Assembly: GCF_006345805.1 (NCBI RefSeq)
Contig: NC_043006.1
Span: forward strand, 50,592,001 to 50,656,000
Direction of reading: 5' to 3'
DNA: 64,000 nt
Source of the DNA: Octopus sinensis
Taxonomy: Eukaryota
Below, piece after piece: positions 12,877 to 25,642 of the stretch (the first letter of the stretch is position 1; every line of letters starts with the position of its first letter). Made by a program: the position numbers and the translations under genes. The notes beneath the pieces were generated by a model. The model saw nothing but the letters and a program-made list of their open reading frames with translations. It ran no database searches and had not been told where the DNA came from.

Positions 12877-12906
12877 CCTATATATATGTATACATATGAA
12901 TATATG

Positions 12907-12946
<40 letters not shown>

Positions 12947-13152
12947 ATATATATATATAATATATATATGTATGTATGTATATGAATATATGTATGTATG
13001 TATATGAATATATATGTATGTATATGATATATGTATGTATGTATATGAATATATATATGTATGTATATGAATATATATATGTATGTATGTATATATATAT
13101 ATGAATATATGTATGTATGTATGTATATGATATATGTATGTATGTATGTATG

Positions 13153-13183
<31 letters not shown>

Positions 13184-13545
13184 ATATATATATATGTATG
13201 TATGTATGTATATATGTATATATGAATATATGTATGAATATATGTATGTATGTATGTATATATATGAATATATGTATGTATGTATGTATATATATGAATA
13301 TATGTATGTATGTATGTATATATATGAATATATGTGTGTATGTATGTATGTATGTATATATATGAATATATGTATGTATGTATGTATATATATGAATATA
13401 TGTATGTGTGTATGTATATATATGAAAATATGTATGTATATATGTATATTTATATATGTATATATGAATATATGTATGAATATATGTATGTATATATGTA
13501 TATATATATATGTATATATATATATATGTATGTATATTATTTTTA
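12877..13545. repeat. Compound (TA)n/(TATG)n tract with a recurrent ATGAATAT word
   Basis: Direct reading; explains the YI/MY ORFs. Confidence 0.95.
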
Positions 13546-13879
13546 TGAGAGTGAAGTGGGTGCCACCCGCACAGGTGCCAGACAGAGCTGGCAAACGGCC
13601 ACGAACGGATGGTGCTTTTTATGTGCCACCGGCACGAGGGCCAGGCGAGGCTGGCAACGGACACGAAACGGGGTGGTATACATATTTATGTATCTATATA
13701 TATGTAAGTCTATATGTACCAAGCGCTGCGGCAGTTTATATGTAGCCTATTTCTGGCATTACACCAAAATTTGGAACCATTACTATCATCATTATCGTCA
13801 TCATCATTATTATTTTTAGTTTTCAACTTAATTTACAAGGCAAGTAATCAAAATCTGCCGAAACCTTTTGCCTATACTC

Positions 13880-15891
13880 ACTTCAGGAAATGAATTTCGC
13901 AGTGAGTGATAATAGGTATATACTGACCATTCTTTATTATACGAGAATCTAATATCATAATTAAATCTTGTGTCATATCTTTAATCGTTTCGCTAAAGAA
14001 ATTATCCCTTGAACTGTTGCAGATGTCGCAACAATTACCTCTAAAAGTTAGAAAAGTTTCATTTATCTCAAATATTACATAACTTGCCATTGGCTATTTT
14101 GTTTTGTTAACATTCAACAAACAGTAAATTCAAATGATGGCGTTTAGCTATCAACAACCATCGGCAACAGCATCTGAATATTTTTCTTTAGTAAGATGTA
14201 TATCTAATATAGTGTTCTTTTCAATGAACGCCTTTAGAAGCAATGTCTCCTGCTTTGAATAAATCTTATAACTCACTCGATTGTCGACAGAAGTGATTGT
14301 TTTATTTATGGCCTATAACTATACATGTCTGTAACAGTCACAAGTTTTCTAGAAGCTTTTGTTGCCGTGATATAACAGGTTGTATAAAGAAATGTTGCAC
14401 CTCTGCCTTCTACACAATACCAGCATACAGGATATCAAATGAATCTCCATTACTCTCTTCGAACAAAATTTGTTTAATAATTCCAACCGTTCTCTGTCCA
14501 TCTATTGATGAAAATTTAACCGTTTGCTCTGACTTTGATAAATTGTCTGTATGCTAGAATAAGAACTGGCCAAGATGAAGGAATCCAAAAATCTCGTTTG
14601 AACTCAGCATCTAATCATACCGTTCCATAAACCAGCACGTATCTGTCTCCCCCTTCAACACAAATTGTCAATGATTCGTGTAGAACTGCAATCACTGAAT
14701 CACTCAAGGGTTTATCAAAAGAAACATGGTTTATCTAGTTGCACTCAGAGCAAACATAACACTAAGTGTCACTTTTTTCTCTGTCTCCTTTCTTTTCCAG
14801 CTCATCAAGTAAATTCTTCCTCTTTGTTAAATACATATTTAGAGTTACAATCTCTTTACTATTACTCATCAGGTCAGATTGTATGTTACATTGCATTGTA
14901 TTGGGTTGTCCGGAAAGTTCGTGCCGATTTTTAAAGGAAAGAAAAAGGCCAATAAAGACTTGCCATTACATTTTTAATCAACCAAATACGAAACATTTTG
15001 TTGCACAATGCGTCTCCATCTTTCCTTTAACTTGAAAATACCCTCTTCCAAGAATTTAGGTGGTTTCATGGCAAAGAATTCATCAAGGTCTCTTTTTACG
15101 TCATCCAAAGAATTGAATTTTTTACCTTTAAGACTATTCTGCAGGGACCTAAATAAGTGGAAATCCGAAGGAGCAATATCTGGTCAATAAGGAGGGTTGG
15201 GTAACATATCCCAGCCGAGCTGCAGCAATTTGTGTCTGGTTCCCAAAGCATCAAGTGCCGAAAATGAACTTACTTATCTTCCATTTTAAAGGGTTACAGA
15301 ATTAACACAGGTTATAGGAACATAAACCTTCTTCCACGAAAAGATAGCTTAAACTGTGCTCTAAATGGAGGTGTAGTCAAATCCTATTTTATGAACTCAA
15401 CCATGTCCTAAAATAAGTCGAAATGTAAGCTACTATAAATCGGCACGAACTTTCTGGACAACCCAATAGTTTGCTTCAGACTCAAGACAAAGAATGTACT
15501 TCATGATATATGCTGAAGCCTTCGGTTAAATTCTTCCAAACGCTTTATCACTACAGATTTTACCCTGAGCATGCTTCTTGCGGCGTGGAACGCAATATGA
15601 CACTTGAAAATATTGTTTCAAACTTTATGCCTAGCGAGAAATAAACTCCAAGAAATTCCCCATTAGGTTTGTCGAGTCAACGAATAATCACCATCAGTTT
15701 TTCACTGTTGGTGGCATTAGTATATTTGCTAGCAAATAATCGGAAAAAGTTTCTGCTTACTGCAGCAACTAAATCGTCCATACCAAAATCAACCATTACT
15801 GAGTAGAATTCATTTTGTACGTCGCAGTTTTAGTCTTTATTTGTACCAACTGTGTTGAATCGTAATACTCCTTATCTCATAATTCTATCTG

Positions 15892-15931
<40 letters not shown>

Positions 15932-16820
15932 TGTGAGTGTGTGTGTGCGGGGGTTGGGGTGGATGAGTGTATGTTAGATGATTCGGTAATACTTCCATAC
16001 TTCGTAAGCAAGGAAATAGAAACATTCAATTTCTATTATGCGTTTACGCTTATAAATATTTTCTAGCAATGACATTCTACAATTCTCTGTCGTTATTGCA
16101 TTTAGGAATCTATACTTCCGGTTGAAAATCAGCGCGGTGATATTCGAAGACTGGACGATCTTCAAGGTGCTAATAAGTGTTTTCCAATTATAAATGTTTC
16201 TGCTAAAAAGAAAGAAGCATATTTTCTTTATTTAACACGCACGATTGTCTACTTGGTCATAATAAAAGCAATCAAAATAAGTGGACTAAATTGATTCAAA
16301 AGAACATTTCTATTTTCAAACTGTCTTTATCGGTTGATTTAATTAAATAATAATAGCAAAACGGGGGCAGTTTCATTGAGATAACGCTGCTGTTCGTTGA
16401 GATAATGGAGTAGAAACTAATGCGACAGAAAGAACTATATCTGGATGTACTTGCAGTTGTTAGTGTGGTTTGATAGAACAGCTGATGAACAAGAATCATT
16501 TGGATTTATCGACTTTTGTTGAGAGCAATTGGCATCGTTTGTAGCTTTCTATCGTTGAGCATGCATGAAATCGTTCAATAATCTTATTAATCACAGTTTT
16601 TACTTCCCGGTAGACAGTCATTACTTCACTTGATTATATTTATCTGGCAGCTTCAATATTTTAACGGATTCGTACCTATAACAATTATGATTATTTAAAT
16701 ACTTGATGTCAGAGTGAATTTGAAATCAATACCTGCATATAACGGTGTATACAGACTGCCATATTCTCTCATTATTTGATCCCTGATTAGCTCGATATAA
16801 TTTCTGTTGCCGAAATGCTC
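13880..16820 (-). mobile_element. Heavily decayed hAT transposase, interrupted by a mariner derivative
   Basis: Ordered fragments FYSVMVD...GEFLGVY...FETIF, SIDGQRTVGIIKQIL...SFDILYAGIV...PVISRQQK, YSKQETLLLKA, FFSETIK; many stops. Confidence 0.55.
14901..15466 (-). mobile_element. Internally deleted mariner (566 bp) with 30 bp TIRs and TA TSD
   Basis: TA|TTGGGTTGTCCGGAAAGTTCGTGCCGATTT ... AAATCGGCACGAACTTTCTGGACAACCCAA|TA; keeps the C-terminus PPY*PDIAPSDFHLFRSLQN. Confidence 0.95.
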
Positions 16821-16825
16821 TTTTA

Positions 16826-17180
16826 TGCTCTAGACACAAGGCCCGAAACTTTAGTGGGAGAGGACCAGTCGATTACATCAACCCCAGTACGCAACTGATA
16901 CTTAATTTACCGACCCCGAAAGGGTGAAAGGCCTAGTCGACCTCGGCGGAATTTGAACTCAGAACGTAGCGGCAGACGAAATACCTATTTCTTTTCTACC
17001 CACAAAGGGCTAAATACAGAGAGGACAAACAAGGTCAGACAAACGGATTAAGTCGATTATATCGACCCCAGTGCGTAACTGGTACTTATTTAATCGACCC
17101 CCAAATGGATGAAAGGCAAAGTAGACCTCGGCGGAATTTGAACTGAGAACGTAGCGGCTGACGAAATACCGCTAGGCATT
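16826..17180 (-). mobile_element. Two adjacent or nested family A SINEs
   Basis: CTCGGCGGAATTTGAACT(C/G)AGAACGTAGCGGC...GACGAAATAC occurs twice. Confidence 0.85.
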
Positions 17181-17737
17181 ACCACAGACCATACTAGGTC
17201 ACAAGTTCAATTTTACTGTATGACGCAGATATTTTTATATATTAAAATTTATTTTGATGATTGGCGGATATTTATTTTAATCTAAAAAATAACAACAATA
17301 AATAAAACAATAGATAAAACTGAAAAGTGACTCCAATTGTAATTGGTAGAACTGTATACATGTTCAATCTCATGCTGACGTCTCGTGTATAATTCTGCAA
17401 ATTATAGTTGCTAAGACGATCTCACTGAAGAGTTTGCGGATGATTACGTAAATGATTATGTAAGCATTAACAACGAAACAATGGTTTGTGATTAATCTAT
17501 ATTTTGTATCTTTTCATTTGTCTTGGTCGATTACGTTCAGGCGTTTGCTAAATTTTTCTTGAGAACATTCTTTTCTTAGTGGTAAGACCATAGCGGATCT
17601 TCTTCTAGCATAATGGTTGTTCACTTACAGGTCATCCCTTTTATATGTATATATATATACACATACATATATATATATATACATATGTTCATATATATGT
17701 ATTTATATATAAGTATGTACACATATGTGTATATATA

Positions 17738-17773
<36 letters not shown>

Positions 17774-17834
17774 TTACATATACGTTTATATATATGTATG
17801 TATCTTTTATATTATATATATATATATATATATA

Positions 17835-17935
17835 TACTCTTACTCTTTTACTTGTTTCAGTCATCCGACTGCAACCATGCTGGAGCACCGCCTTTAGTCG
17901 AGCAAATTGATCCCATGACTTATTCTCCTAAAGAA
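17835..17935 (-). mobile_element. 3' fragment of family B SINE
   Basis: Tail GGCGGTGCTCCAGCATGG...GACTGAAACAAGTAAAAGAGT on the minus strand. Confidence 0.8.
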
Positions 17936-17939
17936 ATAT

Positions 17940-19068
17940 AAAAGAGCTCTAACTAGACCGCTTCAAATCCTTTTCCAGGAGTCCCTCAGGATGAGAAAAC
18001 TCCCCAAAAGACTAAAAGATAATATACCCTATCCATAAGGGAGGAAGCAGGGCAGAGGCTAGGAATTATAGACCTGTCTATCTGACCTTCCACCTCAGTA
18101 AAGTAATGGAGCGCATTGTCAGGAAAAGACTGATTGAGTTCCTTGAGGACAATTACCTGCTCTCTGACAACCAACATGGCTTCAGCCCAGGAAGGAGCTG
18201 TCTTACGCAGCTTCTGCGATACTATGACTGGGTACTGAAGCAATTAATGAACTGCTCAAAAGTGGATGTGATATACCTCGACTTTGCGAAGGCATTTGAC
18301 AAGGTCGACCATGGAATGATATGCCACAAATACGGCATCACAGGTAAAGTCGGAGAGTGACTGCATGATTTCCTAAAGGACAGGACCCAAGCTGTAACAG
18401 AGATACCAATAACGAGTGGAGTGTCATAGGGCACTGTGCTGGAGCCACTGCTTTTCATGGTAGCCCTATCGGATATGCCATCAGTGACAGAGGCAGTCAT
18501 GCTTGCCAGCTATGCCGACGATACAAAAGTCACACAGTCAGTCAAGGAAACCTCTGATGCTACGCTCTTACAGAAAGATCTATATGCCATCTATACATGG
18601 GCTGAGGATAACAATATGCAACTGAATGCAAGTAAATTCTAGGCCCTCCGCTACCAGTTAAGTACTGCTCGGGAATCACGACATCAGTACGTTGGACCAA
18701 GTGGTACAACGATCCCAGAATCAAATAAGGTCCGTGATCTTGGAACAGAAATGAGCAACAATGCCCCATTTCATACACATATCAACGAAATGGTGGCAGC
18801 ATCAAGAAGACTGGCTGGTTGGATTCTGAGAACCTTCTGGACAAGGGACCAAGAAACTATGATGACACTATGGAAGTAATCTATTCTTAGCCGACTGGAC
18901 TACTGCTCTCAGCGATGGTCACCCTATACTATAATGAAGACAGCAGAGCTTGAAGCAGTCGAACGACATTACACAAAGAAAATTGCATCAATGGAACTAT
19001 TGAGCTACTGGGACAGGCTGAAAGAGCTGTGACTCTATTCCCTGGAACGAAGGCGGGAGAGGTATGCA

Positions 19069-19114
<46 letters not shown>

Positions 19115-19520
19115 AAGATAATGGAAGGAATGGTACCAAACTTTGGAATAAAGAGCTATACCAGTCCACGAACAGGACGTCACTATGCTGTTCCCATTGT
19201 GCCGACTGTTTCATCTCGGGCAAGGACGATGTACTACATTAGCTTGGGTTTCAAGAGCCCATAGTTGTTTAACTGTCTGCCGAAGCATCTGAGGAGCTTC
19301 CATGGAGTGGATGTAGACGTTTTCAAACATGAATTGGACCTCTGGCTCGCTGAGATCCCGGATGGGCTAATATCTAAGCAAGAAACTCAAAAGAGGGCAG
19401 TAGCATCGAACTCCATCCGTCGCCAAAAGCCACAAAGGTGGAAAGCGGAAAGATGACTACAATGGCGGTGCTCCAGCATGGCCACAGACATTGAACTGAA
19501 ACATATAAAAGAATAAAAGA
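17940..19520 (+). mobile_element. Decayed CR1/L2-group LINE with a 3' tail
   Basis: YLDFAKAFDKVDH and YADD motifs, multiple stops, internal (TA)n at 19073-19112, shared 3' motif at 19464-19503, (AAAGAAT) tail. Confidence 0.9.
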
Positions 19521-19585
19521 ATGTACATATGTTTATATATGTTTATATATGTGAATATATATATGTATATATTTTATATATATAT

Positions 19586-19642
<57 letters not shown>

Positions 19643-19737
19643 TGTTTATAAATTTGTATATATATATATATGTATTATATTTATGTATATACATTTATAT
19701 ATATATATGTATATATATATACATATGTATATATATA

Positions 19738-19778
<41 letters not shown>

Positions 19779-19814
19779 TATATATATATATGTATATATT
19801 TATATATATATATA

Positions 19815-19846
<32 letters not shown>

Positions 19847-19894
19847 GTTATATATATGTATATATGTATATATATATATATGTATATATATATG

Positions 19895-19976
<82 letters not shown>

Positions 19977-20045
19977 GGTATGTATGTATGTATGTATGTA
20001 TGTATGTATGTATGTATGTATGTATGTACGTATGTATGTATATGT
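19520..20045. repeat. (TA)n/(TATG)n microsatellite
   Basis: Direct reading. Confidence 0.95.
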
Positions 20046-20141
20046 GTATTAGAAAAAATGAGGTACTCAGATATTCGGATGGTTTTATATTTACAGATAT
20101 TTATTTGTATGTTACATGTTTTTATACATCATATATCATAT

Positions 20142-20178
20142 ATCAGCGCTTTCGTCCACGCTAGTGGAGTTTTCAAAT
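20142..20178 (-). ncRNA. Degenerate hammerhead-like motif
   Basis: TTGAAAA-cTCCAC(tagc)GTGGAc-GAAA-GCGC-TG; stem II closing mismatch, G17, poor stem I. Confidence 0.3.
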
Positions 20179-20501
20179 TCATCTAAGTTCTTGTGGGAAA
20201 ATTTGACTTTTTTATAGTGCTATTGAGTGTGTAGTTGTGGGGGAGGGATATGAAATAGCACAAGAGGTTGATGAATGGGGACAAGGTGAGAGAAAGCATG
20301 TGTGTGTGTGCGTATGTGTTTTTGCATCTGAAAACGGTGTTAAAGAAAAAGAAGGGAATGAAGAAATATATATGTATACATATTTCTATATATATATGTA
20401 TATATATATATATATATACATATATATATACATATAATATACATGTATATATTATATACATTTATATATATATAGATATAGATATATATATATAAAGAGC
20501 T

Positions 20502-20523
20502 ATACCAGACCACGAACAGGACG

Positions 20524-20563
<40 letters not shown>

Positions 20564-20585
20564 CGTCCTGTTCGTGGTCTGGTAT
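20502..20585. repeat. Fold-back of a LINE snippet centred on (TA)n
   Basis: ATACCAGACCACGAACAGGACGTCAC-(TA)n-GTGATACGTCCTGTTCGTGGTCTGGTAT; the arm matches about 19160-19186. Confidence 0.9.
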
Positions 20586-20819
20586 GCATGTGTACACATA
20601 CATGTATACACATACATACATACATGAATACATACATACATACATAAATACATACACACACACATACATACGTACATATCATGAACTGTTACTTTCTCAG
20701 ATGCAGCACGAAGTTTTGAAGTTTTGTCGCGATCTCAAAGCGACGAAAATATTTTGACAAGTTAAATTTAAATGTTGAAGTGAATGTAACGGTTCTGTGT
20801 ATTTCTTAAATGGCTTATA

Positions 20820-20994
20820 AACACCTTTCACGCTGCAATTGTTATATATATATACATATATATATATATATAACGGGAAGCTTTATGAAAATAGACAAAA
20901 GACGAAGGCAGGTGGAAAACAACAAAAATTGTATTAGTATTATTTATATATATATAATATAATATTATATATATATATATACATATTTAGTTAT

Positions 20995-21045
<51 letters not shown>

Positions 21046-21099
21046 TTTTTTATATATATATATATATATATATACATATTTATTATCTATATATATACA

Positions 21100-21140
<41 letters not shown>

Positions 21141-21400
21141 TATTTATATATATATATATAATATTTATTTATATATATATATATATATACTATTTATTTA
21201 TATATATATATACTATTTTATTTATATATATATATATATACATATTTATTTATATATATATATATATATATACATATTTATTTATATAAATATATATCAT
21301 ATTTATTTATATATATCTATACATATTTATTTATATATATATATATACATATTTATATATATATATACATATTCATATATATATCTATATAATATACATA

Positions 21401-21436
<36 letters not shown>

Positions 21437-21495
21437 CATATTTATATATATATTATATATATTAACATATTTATATATGTAAATATAAATACATA

Positions 21496-21557
<62 letters not shown>

Positions 21558-21640
21558 TAATATATATATATATTATAGACATAGTTATATATATATAGAT
21601 GTAAGACATATTTATATATATATATATATATATACAAAAA
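20820..21640. repeat. Degenerate (TA)n tract with a short non-repeat insert at about 20870-20940
   Basis: Direct reading. Confidence 0.9.
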
Positions 21641-21689
21641 CAAAAATCGCACTCTCATCTCATAACAACAATACGGCACAATTATTTCA

Positions 21690-21965
21690 CCTCAATTGGC
21701 CCCGCTCTCTTTAACATTACACCAAAACACATTAAAACAGAAACTGACCCTATAGGGTTCAAGAAGTCTTTGGACAGATTCCTTCAAGAAATCCCGGATA
21801 AACCCCCTACACCCGGATATGTCTCTGTAAACAATAACTCTATACTTGAGTGGGCCATAGTGCCCAAATTCTGACTTGAAAGACTTCACCAGGTGGTGCT
21901 ATTAAGTTAGACATGGCCTGGGCCAATAATGGCCGAAACCTATCAAAGTATCAAAGTATCAAAGT
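21690..21965 (+). mobile_element. 3' end of a divergent CR1/L2-group LINE with an (ATCAAAGT)n tail
   Basis: [13 protein letters not shown]...FKKSLDRFLQEIPDKP...NNNSILEW aligns with the C-termini of the other copies. Confidence 0.8.
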
Positions 21966-22169
21966 ATATATATATATTGATATATATTATATATATATAT
22001 GCATACATGCATTTATGTATGTAGGTGTTACATTATAATGTGTTTGTATGCGAAAATAAATTAGCTGAAATATTTACAAATCTAAATTGAGATATATGGA
22101 CATCATACGTGACAAATTATGTTCAAATCAAATGACAGAAAACAGGTGTGAACGAAAGTTTTGCAAAAC

Positions 22170-23030
22170 TGAATGCAAAACTGAATGCAATACCCAATGA
22201 ATACACTGGACCCGGAGGGATTGCAATCCCAGAGGCACAATCAGTGCGTGACCTGGGTATTCACATGAGTGATGACGCGACCTTTCATGTACATGTTGCT
22301 AAACTGGCAATGAAATGTAGACGGCTGGCTGGATGGATTCTTAGAACCTTCAGAACAAGAGAACAAGAAACCATGATGGTCCTCTGGAAGACACTTGTCC
22401 TAAGCCACTTTGACTATTGCTCTCAGCTATGGTCACCATCCAGTGTCAAGATGATCACAGAACTTGAGGCGATCCAACGAAGCTACACGAAGAAGATAGC
22501 CTCTGTGCAGCATATGAGCTACTGGGAAAGACTCAAGAGATTAAAGCTCTATTCCCTGGAGCGTAGGCGAGAAAGATATGCCACAATATATATCTGGAAG
22601 ATCCTGGAAGGACTTGTCCCAAACTTTGGCATCGAGAGTCACACAAACGCCAGAACCGGGCGCCACTGCATAGTACCAAGGACTCCAAATTTGCCATCAA
22701 GATGTAGGACAAGATATTGTGATAGCCTGGGCTTCAGAGGCCCACAGCTCTTCAATATCCTCCCAAAGAACCTCAGGGACCTGCATGGTGTAGATGCGGA
22801 TGTCTTTAAAGTAGGACTGAACCTCTTCCTGTCAGGTGTCCCGGATGAACCAACTTCATGGCAGGAGGTGCAGATGAGGGCAGCTGCATCGAACTCTCTC
22901 ATGCATCAGATGGCGTTTGCTAAAAAGCATCCGTGAGGTAAAATCGTGTAGCAAACAATATGGCGGTGCCCCAGCATGGCCACAGCTCATTAGCTGAAAC
23001 TGGAAAAATCAAAATCAAAATCAAAATCAT
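22170..23030 (+). mobile_element. 5'-truncated CR1/L2-group LINE with an (AAAATC)n tail
   Basis: ORF 22148-22936: VRDLG, YCSQLWSP, SLERRRERY, GPQLFNILP. Confidence 0.95.
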
Positions 23031-23141
23031 ATATATACAGATAGATAGATAGATAGATAAATACATATATATATACACACACACACACACACACCTGTAT
23101 ATGTATGTATATATACATATATATTTATATATATATGCATG

Positions 23142-23188
<47 letters not shown>

Positions 23189-23239
23189 TTTACAAAATAA
23201 GGGCAAAAGAAGTAAGTATTTCACTTATATCTCACATAT

Positions 23240-23300
23240 TTATCGCTGAAGAGGGGAAAATTCTTATGAATTAACCCCGAAATTGGGACCAATGCGGTAA
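23240..23300 (+). ncRNA. Type I hammerhead fold with a canonical core but G at the cleavage position
   Basis: TTATCG-CTGAAGA-GGGG(aa AATTC ttat GAATT aa)CCCC-GAAA-TTGG(ga)CCAA-T-G-CGGTAA. Confidence 0.75.
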
Positions 23301-23357
23301 TAACGGATTCTTTAGAAATTTCTATCGGTTTGTTTCGAGACGCATAAATTATAATGG

Positions 23358-23778
23358 TTACTCTTTACTCTTTTACTCTTTTACTTGTTTCAGTCATTTG
23401 ACTGCGGCCATGCTGGAGCACCGCCTTTAGTCGAGCAAATCGACCCTGGGACTTATTCTTTGTAAGCCCAGTACTTATTTTATCGGTCTATTTTGCCGAA
23501 CCGCTAAGTGACGGGGACGTAAACACACCAGCATCGGTTGTCAAGCAATGCTAGGGGGACAAACACAGACATACAAACACATATACACACACACATATAT
23601 ATATACATATATACGACAGGCTTCTTTCAATTTCCGTCTACCAAATCCTCTCACAAGGCATTGGTCGGCCCGGGGCTATAGCAGAAGACACTTGCCCAAG
23701 ATGCCACGCAGTGGGACTGAACCCGGAACCATGTTGTTGGTTAGCAAGCTACTTACCACACAGCTACTCCTGCGCCTA
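23358..23778 (-). mobile_element. Full-length family B tRNA-derived SINE
   Basis: Head GGCGCAGGAGTAGCTGTGTGGTAAG, B-box GGTTCAGTCCC, internal TA/CA repeat, LINE-like 3' tail. Confidence 0.95.
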
Positions 23779-23932
23779 TTTTTGTCTTTTTTTGGGCATA
23801 TTTGGCATTAGAATTTTTCTTTTGCCCTTATTTTGTAAATTATTTATAAATTTAACCTTTAAAGGTATTTTTTGATATGCTGGCCATTGATAAAAAATTT
23901 TTCCCGAAAAATTGTTATCCTACATTAGTTAT

Positions 23933-23989
<57 letters not shown>

Positions 23990-24063
23990 TATGTGTTTAT
24001 GTGTGTGTGGCATGGCCGCAGCAGTCTGTAGGCTGAAACAGATAAAGAATAATACGGGGTCTG

Positions 24064-24263
24064 ATCAATAAATACCAGGAATGCTGCCATAGTAACGAAG
24101 CTAAAGGATGCAGAATGAAGCCACTTGGCAAAGATCGCCCTTGATCTCTGTTGTGCATGCGCACTACGTTCGAACGTTCTAGCTCACTTCTGCTGTTTAC
24201 AGCAGTGCTTCGAAAGGAGGTTTCAGCTTCCTTACTATAGCAACAGTCCAGATATTTATTGAT
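24064..24263. mobile_element. MITE-like 200 bp element with imperfect 39 bp terminal inverted repeats
   Basis: ATCAATAAATACCAGGAATGCTGCCATAGTAACGAAGCT matches the reverse complement of the right end at about 33 of 39 positions; no TSD found. Confidence 0.55.
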
Positions 24264-24922
24264 AAAACCACGTATGTATACATACCATGAAACGCTAGGA
24301 ATAATGAGGGGTGAAGGTATTTATAACCACTTAGCATTCTTAGAGTTACGACCGTTTCGCAATCTCCCTTGTAGTAAAAATTAGAAGGTAGAATTTTGTT
24401 TGCATGTTTTCAAAAATATGCATGATATGAAATTGTATGAACACAAATGAATGCAAATAAAGAAAGGTAGCTCACCAGATCACCAAAACATCGTGGATAT
24501 ACTAATGATTCAACTCTAAGTATACACACAAAATTTTCTCTTTACATATAAATTGAATGATGTACTAGATGAAATTAGCTTGGTATGGTCAGAAAAATTA
24601 TATACATATATTGGTAGGTGGATACGTACCGACGTACTTCATATTTTGTTTCCGTCATTGCTCCGCGGCCATACCGGGAAACTGTCTCGAAGTATTTACT
24701 TGAACATATAGTTCTAAGTTTATTTTTTTTATTTCTAAACGTGTAGTTTTTCATGTTCCCACGAAATTAAGACTAAAGAAGTTACGTGACTTTAAAATTT
24801 GAAATGCATTTCAGCCAATAGGTTGCGATCATTTTCCAAGTAAAAATTGACGGCCAATCGCCATTTGTTATTTTATTTGTTTGTGTGTTTATTTATTTAT
24901 ATATTTATTTATTTTGAGTTAC

Positions 24923-25039
24923 CTGTGTAAAGATGAAAAGTGATGAAATCAACATCTTTTCTTATAATAACACCGGCAATATCCAATGTAAAGAACTGGT
25001 GCCGCTGAAGTACGAATATCCTGTCTGTAGCAGATTGTC
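24923..25039 (-). CDS. Candidate internal exon (117 nt, phase 1-1) of an unidentified host gene
   Basis: Acceptor TTATTTTCTTTTAG, donor CAG|GTAACT; the single open frame reads QSATDRIFVLQRHQFFTLDIAGVIIRKDVDFITFHLYT. Confidence 0.45.
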
Positions 25040-25611
25040 CTAAAAGAAAATAACTGATGCCATTATAATAGCAAAAACAACCACGTGACCCAGACTGATT
25101 ATCGGAGGCCTACACAACTGAAAGTCGTTTTTAAAATTTCTTTTACATTGTCTCCACTCTCATTACGAAAATCTAATTTGGATGTGTTTTAGGATCTGGA
25201 AAAGAAGAGGAGAAGGAGAAAAGAAGAAGAGAGAATGAAAGATGATAATAGAAACTGTTAGTAATGTGGAGCTATGTCAATCTGTTATTATCTGACTATC
25301 TATTTATCTATCTATCTATTTAATGAAAGAAATTAATAATAAATACGTAACACCTTTTTAAAGCTGGAAAACATTTAATGAAAGAAAGTGAAACAATACA
25401 ACGAATTAACTTACGAACAGTGTAATTGGTAAACTACGACAATAATACCTTGTACAAATAAACGGAGTAAATACCAAAACACAATAAACTCAAATTTTAT
25501 AATACATACAGGAAACAGAACAACATCATTGACTATGATTTCCACAAAAATGAGTTGGTAAAATTCTATTGAATATCAATGAGTTACAAAGGCAGTGATT
25601 CGTAAACATAC

Positions 25612-25642
25612 CCGATACGTTCACTTTGTTGTCTATAATAAT
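25612..25642 (-). CDS. Candidate 31 nt exon (phase 0-1)
   Basis: Acceptor ATTTTCAG, donor CGG|GTATGT; reads IIIDNKVNVS(G); phase fits both neighbours. Confidence 0.35.

Noticed and set aside
13882-14039. Apparent exon with good splice sites reading GNCCDICNSS..., resembling a RecQ zinc site
   Set aside because: It is colinear with the decayed hAT and FFSETIK falls where the hAT C-terminal region is expected, so it is more simply transposase debris.
23881-23920. TTGATAA...TTTTCCC-GAAA-AATTGTT hammerhead-like words
   Set aside because: The 5' strand of stem II, C15.2 and stem I are missing; too damaged to call.
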